A stretch of DNA of 64,000 nt from an uncultured Granulosicoccaceae bacterium (GCA_964393885.1 CAYMVV010000014.1:8111-72110); one strand, 5' to 3'; positions 36,291 to 45,940 are shown, counted from the stretch's first letter. The notes: generated by a model from the sequence alone, not told the origin. Numbers and translations are program-made.

Positions 36291-37122
36291 GAATAGCTCA
36301 ATTGTATGGCTCAAAACCAAACGTTTATTGCAGTTTTTTTTATTGACGACTGTGATCACCCCGGTCGCGAGTGCGCACGAGTTCTGGATAGAGCCGACAC
36401 AGTACCAAGTCGAACCGAAATCTATGATCGAGGCATTTCTGCGTAACGGAGAGAATTTTGTCGGGTCATCGGTTTCGTATCACAAGGGTAGCACCGATCG
36501 ATTCGAGATTTTCCATGCTACAAACACTGAGCAGATTACACCTCGACTCGGTGATGACCCTGCACTGGCACTTAATGTACAACAAAATGGTCTGCACGTC
36601 GTTATCCACGAAAGCCCGGTTTCGACAATCGCCTACACAAAGTGGGACAAGTTTCAGCGCTTCGCAGATCATAAGGATTTTAAAAATATGCTGGCCCGCC
36701 ATCAGGAGCGCGGCCTGTCGGAGGTATACTTTAAAGAGGCCTATACCCGATTTTCCAAATCATTGATCTCTGTAGGAGACGGTGTCGGTAATGATCAGCA
36801 CTTTGGATTGGAGATTGAACTGGTTGCGCTGCAAAATCCTTATACACTGAAGCCTGACGACAGTATTAATGTAGCAGGATACTATCAGGGACAACTGCGC
36901 CCTGATGCGCAGATAGAATTATTTGAGAAAGCGCCGAATGGCGAGGTCGTGGTTGAGCTATATCGTACTGATGATAACGGGATGGTTGAACTGCCGGTTA
37001 AATCTAACCACAGTTACCTGGTTGATATGGTTGTCTTACGCAAGCCTTCCAAAGCACTGGCCCAGGGAAGAGGCGTTGTATGGGAGACACTATGGGCCTC
37101 GTTAACTTTTGAAGTGGAGTAG
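36289..37122 (+). CDS. DUF4198-domain periplasmic protein (Ni/Co-uptake associated family)
   Basis: Start chosen at MNSSIVWLKTKRLLQFFLLTTVITPVASA|HEFWIEP, a signal peptide followed by the HEFW motif typical of DUF4198. The ORF is open from 36205. Confidence 0.6.
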   Translation: MNSSIVWLKTKRLLQFFLLTTVITPVASAHEFWIEPTQYQVEPKSMIEAFLRNGENFVGSSVSYHKGSTDRFEIFHATNTEQITPRLGDDPALALNVQQNGLHVVIHESPVSTIAYTKWDKFQRFADHKDFKNMLARHQERGLSEVYFKEAYTRFSKSLISVGDGVGNDQHFGLEIELVALQNPYTLKPDDSINVAGYYQGQLRPDAQIELFEKAPNGEVVVELYRTDDNGMVELPVKSNHSYLVDMVVLRKPSKALAQGRGVVWETLWASLTFEVE

Positions 37123-37205
37123 CATTAATGTGAAGTAGCATTGAATTGAAGTAGCAAATCCGAGGATTCGCTACTCAGCGGAAATTGCGCAATTCTCAGC
37201 CGGAC

Positions 37206-38354
37206 TCAGTTAACCGGAGCACAGCTCTGTCTGGTAACAGGATTCCAGCCCCAGCCATCATAGAGATCAGCATCCGAATAGTCACACTGATCGTCGACTG
37301 TATCGGCTACGAGACAGGATTCAGTCCCGTTCCACCCCCAGCCATCGCCGTCAGAATCAATACACTCTGCCGCGGTGTCGTCAGTAGCCACGGGAGTTGT
37401 TGGTACAGGAGTTACTGGCACGGGAGTTATTGGTACAAGAGGCGCGCAACTCATATTACTTATGGGGTTCCAACCCCAGCCTCCCTGCTGTTCCGCGTTG
37501 CTGTAATCGCACCCCGGCTCGGCGTCAGCTAGCGGTAATGTCTGCTGTGTCGCGCCAACATAGTCTGCGGATACATATCTGTAATTGGCTTCGAACCCGT
37601 CATCGCTCTCATCATCGCTATAGACACAGGATCCAAATCCGTCCCAACCCCAACCATCGCCGAGCGGCACAGAATCTTCACAGCCCACGAAGTAGAGATC
37701 AGTGATATTACTGGTGGGAGGAAAGCTGTCTGGCCTGGCCTGATTTTCTTCGCCGGTATATCTACAAGACCAATATTCCCTTTGACTTTGCCAGAATCTG
37801 AAAGTGTTTCCTGAATACTCTACATAAGCCGACGCACTTAGCGCTGAAGAGCCGCCCCGGTAGTACCCGTTTTCCAGATACCATTGATCATCAAAGTTTA
37901 CCTCCGGATCAACCCCGGGCCTTTCGATCACTTCCAGTGCCGACCCCAGGAAGATTGATGATGAATCGCCATCCAGAAAGTGATTGTAAAAAACCTCCCA
38001 GTCGTAGGGTAAATATTGACCAGTGCCGGATCGAAGATCATAGAGCTGGCAGACAATCGATTTGTTATGTAAGTCTTCTACGGTCCAGAATACTCTCTCC
38101 AGCACAGCTGGTGCGCCAGTATCAGGACTAATGATTGCTGGTGGAGCAACTGACTCTACTGTGACCAGACATGAGTCATCGGCCCCGCCATAACCATTAC
38201 CGTCAGCGTCATCAGCCTGCGCGTCGCAGGGCGGTAAGTGCTGCCCCTGATTCTGGTTCTGAGCCTTGGAATTGCCAGCGGCACACGCACAAATGACAGC
38301 CAAAACAAGCATCGTGTATCGATTCAATTTGCAGTTGTGTGAATGCTGAAACAA
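37206..38354 (-). CDS. Secreted protein with five Cys-bracketed (D)GWGW modules (CBM10-like motif)
   Basis: 382-aa ORF. Modules: CDAQADDADGNGYGGADDSC, CEDSVPLGDGWGWDGFGSC, CDYSNAEQQGGWGWNPISNMSC, CIDSDGDGWGWNGTESC, CDYSDADLYDGWGWNPVTRQSC. Has a PT-rich linker. The start may be the internal Met at 38312. Confidence 0.55.
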   Translation of the reverse strand: MFQHSHNCKLNRYTMLVLAVICACAAGNSKAQNQNQGQHLPPCDAQADDADGNGYGGADDSCLVTVESVAPPAIISPDTGAPAVLERVFWTVEDLHNKSIVCQLYDLRSGTGQYLPYDWEVFYNHFLDGDSSSIFLGSALEVIERPGVDPEVNFDDQWYLENGYYRGGSSALSASAYVEYSGNTFRFWQSQREYWSCRYTGEENQARPDSFPPTSNITDLYFVGCEDSVPLGDGWGWDGFGSCVYSDDESDDGFEANYRYVSADYVGATQQTLPLADAEPGCDYSNAEQQGGWGWNPISNMSCAPLVPITPVPVTPVPTTPVATDDTAAECIDSDGDGWGWNGTESCLVADTVDDQCDYSDADLYDGWGWNPVTRQSCAPVN

Positions 38355-38558
38355 ATTAACAACCTTATTTATTCGTCATGACATGTTTGTTTATAAGACA
38401 ACATGCTTATAAAGTCAACTCCACCCTTCTATTGTCGGGCGTGATTGCCGTTACTTATCGTAAAAAGATCAGCGAACAATAATCAAGCCAATGAGGCAGA
38501 ACATCGCTAGAACAATCACTATTGAATCCAATCAATGCAATTTCCCAGAATGCATATG

Positions 38559-39104
38559 CTATCGAGGCCGTGATTGTTTGCGCGGGCTGATATAGGTACG
38601 GAACTCTCGTTTTAGCATGTCGAGCTTTGGCTCAATATAAGTGGTACAAAATGGTCTGTCCGGATTCGAAGCATAATATTCTCTATAGCGATCTGCGGAC
38701 AGCCTAAACCCGGCAATTTTTAGCACCTGCGTAAGCAGTGGTTTTTCAAATTGGTTCTGCAGTGTTTTTATTGTGGCACGACATCGGTTCTCCATAACCT
38801 CGTCATGCACATAGATTGCGCTTCGATATTTATCTCGCATAGAGTGCGCTGAGGAACTGGCATGGGTTCGTAGATGCACTTCACTTAACACCTCAATTGC
38901 AATCTCATCTTCGCAGAAATCCACCAACACAGCCTCTGAGTACTGGTCGTTTGGAGGATGCGAGCAGATAAACCCCTGTTGCACTCGATGAACCCCGGAC
39001 AGCGAAGCAAAGACCGCTTCGGTACACCAGTGACAACCACCCCCAAAGCCGAGCTGGATTCTACCTGCCGACAGTTCGCTATTCGTGTTTATTGAATCTG
39101 CCAT
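38559..39104 (-). CDS. MsrA-family (peptide methionine sulfoxide reductase-like) protein, variant active-site motif
   Basis: 181 aa. GGGCHWCTEAVF replaces the canonical GCFWG. SEAVLVDF and YRSAIY segments align with MsrA from memory. Confidence 0.55.
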   Translation of the reverse strand: MADSINTNSELSAGRIQLGFGGGCHWCTEAVFASLSGVHRVQQGFICSHPPNDQYSEAVLVDFCEDEIAIEVLSEVHLRTHASSSAHSMRDKYRSAIYVHDEVMENRCRATIKTLQNQFEKPLLTQVLKIAGFRLSADRYREYYASNPDRPFCTTYIEPKLDMLKREFRTYISPRKQSRPR

Positions 39105-39215
39105 GCTATGGAAGTAGCTCTATATTTTATGGCCTTAAAATATGCCCATGCCTGGGCCGGCGCAACCCTGTCAGTAACACGCCTGTTGTCTTGTGACACG
39201 TAAAAGCAAAAAACA

Positions 39216-40118
39216 CTAACCGCTGATAATCCTTTCACGGTAGCCAATGTACAAGCCGCAGCCGATAATTATCGAGGTGCCAAGCCAGGTCCACGCATCG
39301 GGTAGCTCGCCAAACACAAAAAATCCAAGCACCGTTGCCCCGATAATTTGTCCGTACGCCACTGGCGCCAGCATAGATGCCTGAGCAAACTGAAATGCTT
39401 TTACAACAAAATAATGACCGAGTCCGCCAACCATACCAGCCGCGGTTAACAGTACAACCTGTTTGATTGTTTCGGGGGTTTGCCAATAAAACGGTACTAT
39501 TATTGTGCTGACCAATGCGCCAACAAGCGCCGTCCAGGTAATAGTAGTGGTGGCGTTATCAGCAGCCGAAATCTTACGCGTTAATATTTGGTAGAGCCCG
39601 TAGCATACCGCTGTAATTACCACCAGACTCGCTAGCGGATGCAACGTATCAGTGCCCGGGCGAATCACAATAACAGCACCGACAAACCCCATCAGCACAG
39701 CAACCCATCGACGCCAGCCAACTTGTTCTCCGAGCAATGGTATCGACAGGGCAGTGACAATGAATGGTGAGGTAAAGCCAATGATCGCAGCGGTCGCCAA
39801 TGGAATGTAGCCTAGCGCGGTGAAGTAACTGACAGTGGCACCAAACAACAAAACTGATCGACCGGTTTGCATCATCGGTTGCGAGCTGCTTAGCAACGCG
39901 AGGCCGTGCTTTGGGAGAAACAGCACCAGCATGAGTACAAAGTGCGATACGTATCTTGCCCAAATTATCATCGGCGGATCGAAATCCACACGCAGCACCT
40001 TGACCATTGCATTCATGAACGGGAAAAGCAGTACAGCAAGTGCCATGTAAAGAAACGCTTTCTTCGCGTTATCTCCCGGGCGTGCGGCGGAGGGTGATTC
40101 GGTTTTAATTATTCTCAC
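39216..40118 (-). CDS. DMT-superfamily (EamA-like) transporter
   Basis: 300 aa, about 10 TM helices arranged in two EamA-like halves. Confidence 0.75.
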   Translation of the reverse strand: MRIIKTESPSAARPGDNAKKAFLYMALAVLLFPFMNAMVKVLRVDFDPPMIIWARYVSHFVLMLVLFLPKHGLALLSSSQPMMQTGRSVLLFGATVSYFTALGYIPLATAAIIGFTSPFIVTALSIPLLGEQVGWRRWVAVLMGFVGAVIVIRPGTDTLHPLASLVVITAVCYGLYQILTRKISAADNATTTITWTALVGALVSTIIVPFYWQTPETIKQVVLLTAAGMVGGLGHYFVVKAFQFAQASMLAPVAYGQIIGATVLGFFVFGELPDAWTWLGTSIIIGCGLYIGYRERIISG

Positions 40119-40250
40119 TCTGCACTAGTGGGTTGTGCGGAAAGTTCGGTAACAGACTTTTCACAGCCACAGTTGTCAGAGCAAGGCGAAAAAATGCTGG
40201 CATAGCAGGGCCTACGTCGAACCCGTGCTTTGGACAACAGGTTAACGTAG

Positions 40251-41147
40251 CTATGGCGACTGTGGCGCCGAGGCTAGCCCGGTAGCAGAGGGCATCCATT
40301 GCAGCACCTTTTCGTTTACCGAATCTGTGCTGGGCGCTTTACCACCTGCCTCGTCTCCCCCTGCTCGCAAGCCGGCAAAATCAAACAGATTGGCATCAGC
40401 CAACTGCGAGGGCTTTACATTTTTGATAGCGGTGAAGATCGATTCAACGCGACCGGGATATTTCTCATCCCATTCCTGCAGCATCTGCTTGGTTAACTGG
40501 CGTTGTAAATTGGGCTGCTGCCCACACAGATCGCAGGGGATGATCGGATAGGCCTGCTGCTCAGCATACGCTACGATGTCTTTTTCCTTGCAGTAAGCCA
40601 GCGGCCTGATAACAACGTTATTGCCGTCGTTGCTGCGTAGCTTGGGGGGCATGGCTTCAAGGCTGCCGCCATGAAACATATTAAGAAAAAGCGTTTCTAT
40701 GATGTCGTCGCGATGATGGCCCAGCGCTATTTTATTAAAGCCGTTTTCCTGTGCATAACCATACAGCGTGCCACGCCTCAGCCTCGAACACAGACCGCAG
40801 GTTGTTTTACCCTCGGGGATAACACGCTTTACAACAGAGTAGGTATCGCGCTCAATAACATGGTAATCAACACCGAGAGATTGCAGGTACTCGGGCAAAA
40901 TATGTTCTGGAAAATTTGGCTGCTTCTGATCCAGATTTACCGCAGTAAGCGAAAAATCAATTGGCGCGCTTCGTGACAGCCCGATCAGCATGTCAAGCAT
41001 GGTGTATGAATCTTTGCCGCCAGAGAGACACACCATCACACGGTCACCATCTTCTATCATTTGATAGTCAACGATGGCTTCAGCGGTGTTTTTACGCAAG
41101 CGCTTGCCAAGCTTGTTGGCTTCGTATCGGGTTTTCGGTTTCAGCAT
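40251..41147 (-). CDS. ttcA: tRNA 2-thiocytidine(32) synthetase
   Basis: 298 aa. PP-loop CLSGGKDS plus [10 protein letters not shown] and CDLCG cysteine motifs. Confidence 0.85.
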   Translation of the reverse strand: MLKPKTRYEANKLGKRLRKNTAEAIVDYQMIEDGDRVMVCLSGGKDSYTMLDMLIGLSRSAPIDFSLTAVNLDQKQPNFPEHILPEYLQSLGVDYHVIERDTYSVVKRVIPEGKTTCGLCSRLRRGTLYGYAQENGFNKIALGHHRDDIIETLFLNMFHGGSLEAMPPKLRSNDGNNVVIRPLAYCKEKDIVAYAEQQAYPIIPCDLCGQQPNLQRQLTKQMLQEWDEKYPGRVESIFTAIKNVKPSQLADANLFDFAGLRAGGDEAGGKAPSTDSVNEKVLQWMPSATGLASAPQSP

Positions 41148-41298
41148 GCTGATTTTTAGCTTGCAGGGAATAAACCGTAATTCTAGCCCGGATCATTCGT
41201 CCGGTGGCGAGATTATCCGAAATACTTCGTTATTACACCCGGTCATCAGTTTGTAATGACCGGGGTGAACGAGCTTGCCGGTACCTCAATTTACTGTC

Positions 41299-41565
41299 TC
41301 AGGCCGGCGGGACAACCGCTTTATTGTCATTTAGCCGCGCAGCATGGGACCCGCAGTTTAAAAACTCCAGCAGCGGACCGGCTGAATAAGAGCGGAAACA
41401 GGCATACAAATACCTGGCACATTCCTCATTAGCGCATCGGACAATGCCGTCGTTGTAACTATTTGCGACTTCCTGGTCGATTGGCGCTGCTACCGTCATG
41501 GAAACAGGCACCAAGGGAGCAGACAATCCACAAATAAACAATACCGCTGCAATATGTTTTTTCAT
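41299..41565 (-). CDS. Small secreted cysteine-containing hypothetical protein
   Basis: Start moved to MKKHIAAVLFICGLSAPLVPVSMTVAAP (signal peptide). 88 aa with 4 Cys in the mature part. Confidence 0.4.
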   Translation of the reverse strand: MKKHIAAVLFICGLSAPLVPVSMTVAAPIDQEVANSYNDGIVRCANEECARYLYACFRSYSAGPLLEFLNCGSHAARLNDNKAVVPPA

Positions 41566-41911
41566 GTGAGTTCTCTCTGCTTTATGTTTGTCTTTGCGAG
41601 CTGCGGCGAGGTAGAACGGCGAAATAGCACGACAAGATAAACAACCCGCCCCGACTCTCACTGTTGAGCTCCTGCTCAACCGGCTAATTATCCACAGTTT
41701 TTTTGCCAGAAGCTATAACGCAATTGATGTATCCGGCGCCTGTGTTTTGAACTGTTTTGCAGTTTCAATACCACCTATCGGTAGTCCAGTAGACATAATA
41801 GCGGCACTGAGCAGTAGGAGAAGCGGGGTTTACAATGCTTTGCAACGTTATGACTAGCGCGGGTTAATTAGCGAGGGTGCCGGTACCTTTAACACTACCG
41901 CGTGAACAATA

Positions 41912-41966
41912 CCGCGGGCACCAGTAGCGCGGGAGCCAGTAGCGCGGGAGCCAGTAGCACGGGCAA
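41912..41966. repeat. 15-bp tandem repeat, about 3.5 units (cagtagcgcgggagc)
   Basis: Read directly: ccgcgggcac cagtagcgcgggagc cagtagcgcgggagc cagtagcacgggcaa. Lies in the intergenic region downstream of the recR stop (42019), with the 41299..41565 gene start (41565) further downstream. Confidence 0.8.
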
Positions 41967-42018
41967 CAACCAACTGTCCTGCGTCTGTTACCTGTTGATA
42001 TTCCCGTAACAATCTGAC

Positions 42019-42615
42019 TCAGGAAACCTGAGTTCTGCCCGCGAACGCGTGAGACAGCGTCCCGCCATCAACGTATTCGAGCTCACCACCTAACGGCACG
42101 CCGTGAGCTATGCGCATCACGGAGAGGTTTCTGACTCGGGCGAGTTCGCCGATGTAGTGTGCGGTCGCCTCACCTTCCACGGTTGAATTGGTTGCCAGTA
42201 TGACTTCCGAAATATCGCCGGAATCAAAGCGATCACACAGGACATCCAGACCCAATTGCTCCGGGCCAACCCCGTCCAATGGAGAAAGTTTGCCGTGCAA
42301 CACAAAATACAGCCCCCGATAATCAGTTGCTTTTTCCAGTGCAGCCATGTCGGAGGGCGATTCAACAATGCACAATTTGCCATGCTCGCGACTGGTATCG
42401 CTGCAGATACGGCAGATATCAGCTTCGGTGAAGTTGCGACAAACATGGCACTCGCCAATCTGTTCCATCGCGAGCTTTAACATTTCCGCCAGTCGCAACC
42501 CGCCATCACGGTTGCGTTGCAGCAGCTGGTAGGCCATGCGCTGTGCGGATTTTGGCCCGACACCCGGCAATACCCGTAACGAATTTACCAATTCATCTAA
42601 CAGATGTTCAGCCAT
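42019..42615 (-). CDS. recR: Recombination protein RecR
   Basis: 198 aa. HhH N-terminus ([11 protein letters not shown]), C4 zinc finger [18 protein letters not shown] and a Toprim domain. Confidence 0.9.
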   Translation of the reverse strand: MAEHLLDELVNSLRVLPGVGPKSAQRMAYQLLQRNRDGGLRLAEMLKLAMEQIGECHVCRNFTEADICRICSDTSREHGKLCIVESPSDMAALEKATDYRGLYFVLHGKLSPLDGVGPEQLGLDVLCDRFDSGDISEVILATNSTVEGEATAHYIGELARVRNLSVMRIAHGVPLGGELEYVDGGTLSHAFAGRTQVS

Positions 42616-42701
42616 AGGAATTTGACGTCGGTTCAGTTAATGCCGCTGTTGCAAACAGCAGTTCAAACAGAGCAGTTCAAACGAAGCAGTTTAAAAATAG
42701 A

Positions 42702-42868
42702 CTAGGAGCTTGTCCGAGAATCAGGATCGTAGCGAGGGCGTGAGATTTTGAGTCAGATATTTCGATCAATTGAGGCGAATAGTCATTCATATTTAACGAA
42801 ATTGATCGAAATAGCTGACCAAAAGACCGCGTCCGCAGTAGATCATTGGTTCTCGGACAGGCTCCTAG
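42702..42868. repeat. Palindromic MITE-like element, copy 1 (19-bp terminal inverted repeats)
   Basis: ctaggagcttgtccgagaa (42702-42720) versus ttctcggacaggctcctag (42850-42868), 18/19 complementary. Internal 14-bp perfect stem tatttcgatcaatt / aattgatcgaaata. The 83-bp core recurs inverted at 46841-46923. Confidence 0.75.
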
Positions 42869-43191
42869 AAGGGTAGTTTCATGCCCGGCGGCAGTTGCAA
42901 ACCGTCGGTCGCACCTGCCATCTTGTCGCGTGTTTGTACTTCCAGTCTCTGGCAGGCATCGTTTACTGCAGCCGCCACCAGATCTTCAAGCATCTCTTTG
43001 TCATCCATCAAGCTGTCGTCGATGTTTACTGATCGCAGTTCGTGGCGCCCCGTCATCATAACTGTCACGAGTCCACCACCGGAGCGTCCCTCGACTTCCA
43101 GATTCGCTACTTCTTCCTGCGCCTTCTGCATTTTTTCCTGCATCTGTTGCGCTTGCTTCATCATCGCGCCTAAACCACTTTTCATAACCAT
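42865..43191 (-). CDS. ybaB: Nucleoid-associated protein YbaB/EbfC
   Basis: 108 aa. [18 protein letters not shown]...[14 protein letters not shown], typical of YbaB. Confidence 0.9.
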   Translation of the reverse strand: MVMKSGLGAMMKQAQQMQEKMQKAQEEVANLEVEGRSGGGLVTVMMTGRHELRSVNIDDSLMDDKEMLEDLVAAAVNDACQRLEVQTRDKMAGATDGLQLPPGMKLPF

Positions 43192-43346
43192 ACCTTTTCG
43201 TTTTCAATGAGTAGTTATCCGGTTAGCGGAATTGCATCCTGCGAATCAGACTTGCAGCGAACAGCGAACATGCCACGCTGCATTGCCCGGGGCACACCCT
43301 CGCTATCACTTTATAGTGTCAGGCGACAAAGTATCAAGCGTGAGCT

Positions 43347-45242
43347 CTACCTTGCCTCACCCTCACCGTCCGGCAGAATTGGCTTAATGCTACCGGTACT
43401 GACAGTGCCATCGAATTGCTTACAGATTTCCTGTACTACAGGGTCATCTGCTATTGCTGATCTGGCTTGCGCAAGCTTTGCCTCCTCGGCAAGCTTAGCA
43501 GCAAGCGCCGGCGTGCTGCCTTCCAGCGCTCTGGGCACTTCGACCTTCAATTGCACTTCGCCATTGGCGTATACAGACATTTTCTCGCGCAGACGCTCTT
43601 TCCAGCGAGGCGCGGCGAGCGTTGCGTATTCAGGGTCCAGCTGTAAATGCACAGCATCATCGGATGCTGCCACGAGCATACAGTTTCGAGCGAGTTGCAA
43701 AGGCATACCCGACACGGGCAGTTCATCAACGATGGATAACCACTGATCGGGCTTCCAGTCCAGTTCAGCTGGCGGCAGTGATTGAACCGGCGCGGCCTCG
43801 GTAGCGGTTGCTTCGGCAGAGGCGTTGACACTGCTAACCGCCACTGCAGCGGACGGGGTGTTAGCCGCCGCACTCCCTGTGGATTTGCCAGAAGCCCTTG
43901 TGGATTTGGCAGCAGCCCCTGTGGATTGGGCAGGAGCACTGCGGTTTGGTTGCGCCGCAGCAGGTGGGGTAACCACTGGAGCCGCGTCATCAGAATCGGT
44001 TTTAGCAGGCGCGGTGGCCGCTGTATCGGTTGCTGCAGGTATCGGCGTGGCAGTAGTTGTGGTGGCTGGCGCAGATGATACGGCTGCGTGTTGCGAACCG
44101 GCCGCGGGCGCACCAGCTGCAGAACCGGCCTGTTGCCGTGGCGCCTGGTCTACCCCTGCATCAGGTTTAAATGCCAGCATCCGAATCAGTGTCATCTCGA
44201 ATGATTGCTGCGGGTTGGGCGCGTAGGGCATGTCGCGCCTGCCAATCAGGCCAATTTGGTACCACAGCTGGATGTCTTCCGCAGGAATAGTCGACGCAAA
44301 GTGTCTGAGCCGCTTTTCGTCATGCGCCTCACCCGGCCTTATCTTGTCGACGTTTTGCAACAGAGCAACCTGATGCAACAGTGCGAGTAATTCGCCCAGT
44401 ACGAAGTTGTAGTCGGGCACGTACTCGGCCAGCACCTCGACCTGAGTGAAAATTTCCGCCCCCTGTGAATTGGCCACTGCATCCAGCAGATCATACAGTC
44501 GAGAAGGTGAAAAGCGCCCAAGCATGGCTTCAACATCACCCGCTTTAACATGGCCCTGGCCATAGGCGATTGCCTGATCGAGCAGGCTTAATGAGTCGCG
44601 TACACTGCCATCAGCAGCCTGTGCGATGTGCGCCACACCCTCTGTTTCATAGTCGACTTTTTCGCTCTTCAAGAGCTTTTCAAGATACGGCAGCAGCGAC
44701 TGCGCAGGCAACTGCTTGAGGTTAAACTGCAGGCACCGGGACAACACGGTGACTGGCAGTTTTTGTGGATCGGTTGTCGCCAGTAAAAACTTAACGTGAG
44801 GTGGTGGCTCTTCAAGTGTTTTCAGCAGTGCGTTAAAACTGCTTTTTGAAAACATATGTACCTCGTCTATCAGGTACACCTTGTAGCGACCGCTGCCGGG
44901 CGCATAGGCGACATTGTCAAGCAATTCACGCGTGTCATCGACACCGGTGCGAGACGCAGCATCTACCTCAATCAGATCCAGAAAACGACCTTCGTCAACT
45001 TGCGTGCAGGCGGAGCATTCACCACACGGCGTCGAGCTGACGCCCTTCTCGCAATTCAGGCTTTTAGCGAAAATCCTGGCGATTGTGGTTTTGCCAACGC
45101 CCCGGGTACCGGTAAAGAGGTAGGCATGGTGAAGACGGTCCTGATCGAGTGCGTTAGACAGCGCCCGAAGCACATGCTCCTGACCAAGCAGTTCGCTAAA
45201 TTGACGTGGGCGCCAGCGACGCGCCAGTGCTTCATAAGCCAA
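43347..45242 (-). CDS. dnaX: DNA polymerase III subunit gamma/tau
   Basis: 631 aa. Walker A GTRGVGKTT, zinc module CGECSACTQ, and an Ala/Pro/Thr-rich linker before the tau C-terminal domains. Confidence 0.9.
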   Translation of the reverse strand: MAYEALARRWRPRQFSELLGQEHVLRALSNALDQDRLHHAYLFTGTRGVGKTTIARIFAKSLNCEKGVSSTPCGECSACTQVDEGRFLDLIEVDAASRTGVDDTRELLDNVAYAPGSGRYKVYLIDEVHMFSKSSFNALLKTLEEPPPHVKFLLATTDPQKLPVTVLSRCLQFNLKQLPAQSLLPYLEKLLKSEKVDYETEGVAHIAQAADGSVRDSLSLLDQAIAYGQGHVKAGDVEAMLGRFSPSRLYDLLDAVANSQGAEIFTQVEVLAEYVPDYNFVLGELLALLHQVALLQNVDKIRPGEAHDEKRLRHFASTIPAEDIQLWYQIGLIGRRDMPYAPNPQQSFEMTLIRMLAFKPDAGVDQAPRQQAGSAAGAPAAGSQHAAVSSAPATTTTATPIPAATDTAATAPAKTDSDDAAPVVTPPAAAQPNRSAPAQSTGAAAKSTRASGKSTGSAAANTPSAAVAVSSVNASAEATATEAAPVQSLPPAELDWKPDQWLSIVDELPVSGMPLQLARNCMLVAASDDAVHLQLDPEYATLAAPRWKERLREKMSVYANGEVQLKVEVPRALEGSTPALAAKLAEEAKLAQARSAIADDPVVQEICKQFDGTVSTGSIKPILPDGEGEAR

Positions 45243-45489
45243 GGGCCGCTACCATGTTTTATCAAATGAACGATCTACCGCGGCCACAATTTTTTGGCCA
45301 GCTGTTGCGATCACTGTTGGTAAAGATGAATCACTGGTCGCCTTGATTGATCGCAGTGTCCGGCTCAAAATCTCCCACCCTTGCAACGCACTCTGATTCG
45401 GTACCTTGCCTTGGCACCTCGCTTCAGCCCTGATTCCCGACATCCCGGCTGAGTGACTGCCTGTCTGTTAATGACAGTCGAAAAACTTG

Positions 45490-45612
45490 CAGGCGACGAA
45501 TACAATTGGTGGCGTCCCACACCAGCCACATCCCGGCACCCGAGTCCACCGCTGCCGCTGCTCCCTTCCGGGCCTGACGGGGTTCACGGCTTATCGTCGC
45601 GAGAGGGCCGAT
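45490..45612 (-). ncRNA. ffs: Signal recognition particle RNA (4.5S RNA); ends approximate
   Basis: The reverse strand reads ...CCCCGTCAGGCCCGGAAGGGAGCAGCGGCAG...GGGTGCCGGGATGTGGCTGGTG..., matching the conserved domain IV of E. coli 4.5S RNA (GGUCAGGUCCGGAAGGAAGCAGCC...GUGCCGGGAUGUAGCUGG). Lies just upstream of dnaX as in many Gammaproteobacteria. Confidence 0.8.
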
Positions 45613-45873
45613 GCAAGACACCATAACCTGGTTAATTCATTGTGTGGCGGGCATCTACCAAAAGACTGAGTCAAACTGCCCGAATCCCCATTGTCATGCT
45701 TTGTTGATCCGCTTTCAAGGAAAAGCTCAAATAAGTTTTGGCACCTTTGATCACCTTGCAAGACCACCATGCACAACTGCTCCAACTCGTAGAAGCTCCA
45801 GGCGCAGAAGCGCCACGACGTAGAAGCGCCACGGTACAGATCTCCAGGACTCATCGTGTCGAATTTTGCAATG

Positions 45874-45891
45874 TTGTCGTGAAACGGTAAC
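45874..45891 (+). promoter_or_regulatory. Candidate Pho box upstream of phoB
   Basis: TTGTCGT-gaaa-CGGTAAC (7-4-7 spacing; consensus CTGTCAT-4-CTGTCAT), followed about 10 bp later by TATACACT as a -10-like element. Confidence 0.4.
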
Positions 45892-45940
45892 AAAACCGGG
45901 TATACACTACACAGGCTATCTTGACAGGATCAAAGGAGTA

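Noticed and set aside
41236-41267. 11-12-bp hairpin (cacccggtcat ... atgaccggggtg) between the small secreted-protein gene and ttcA. Considered as a terminator.
   Set aside because: There is no U-run on either strand. It could still be a Rho-dependent or REP-like structure, but it is not supportable as an intrinsic terminator.
43347-45242. Looked for the E. coli-type dnaX programmed -1 frameshift site (A AAA AAG heptamer plus downstream hairpin) that makes the gamma subunit.
   Set aside because: The only similar string is CAAAAAG (complement of 44842-44848). It encodes FSKSS inside the ATPase domain, far from the expected position after domain III. No A AAA AAG was seen by eye, so no frameshift claim is made.
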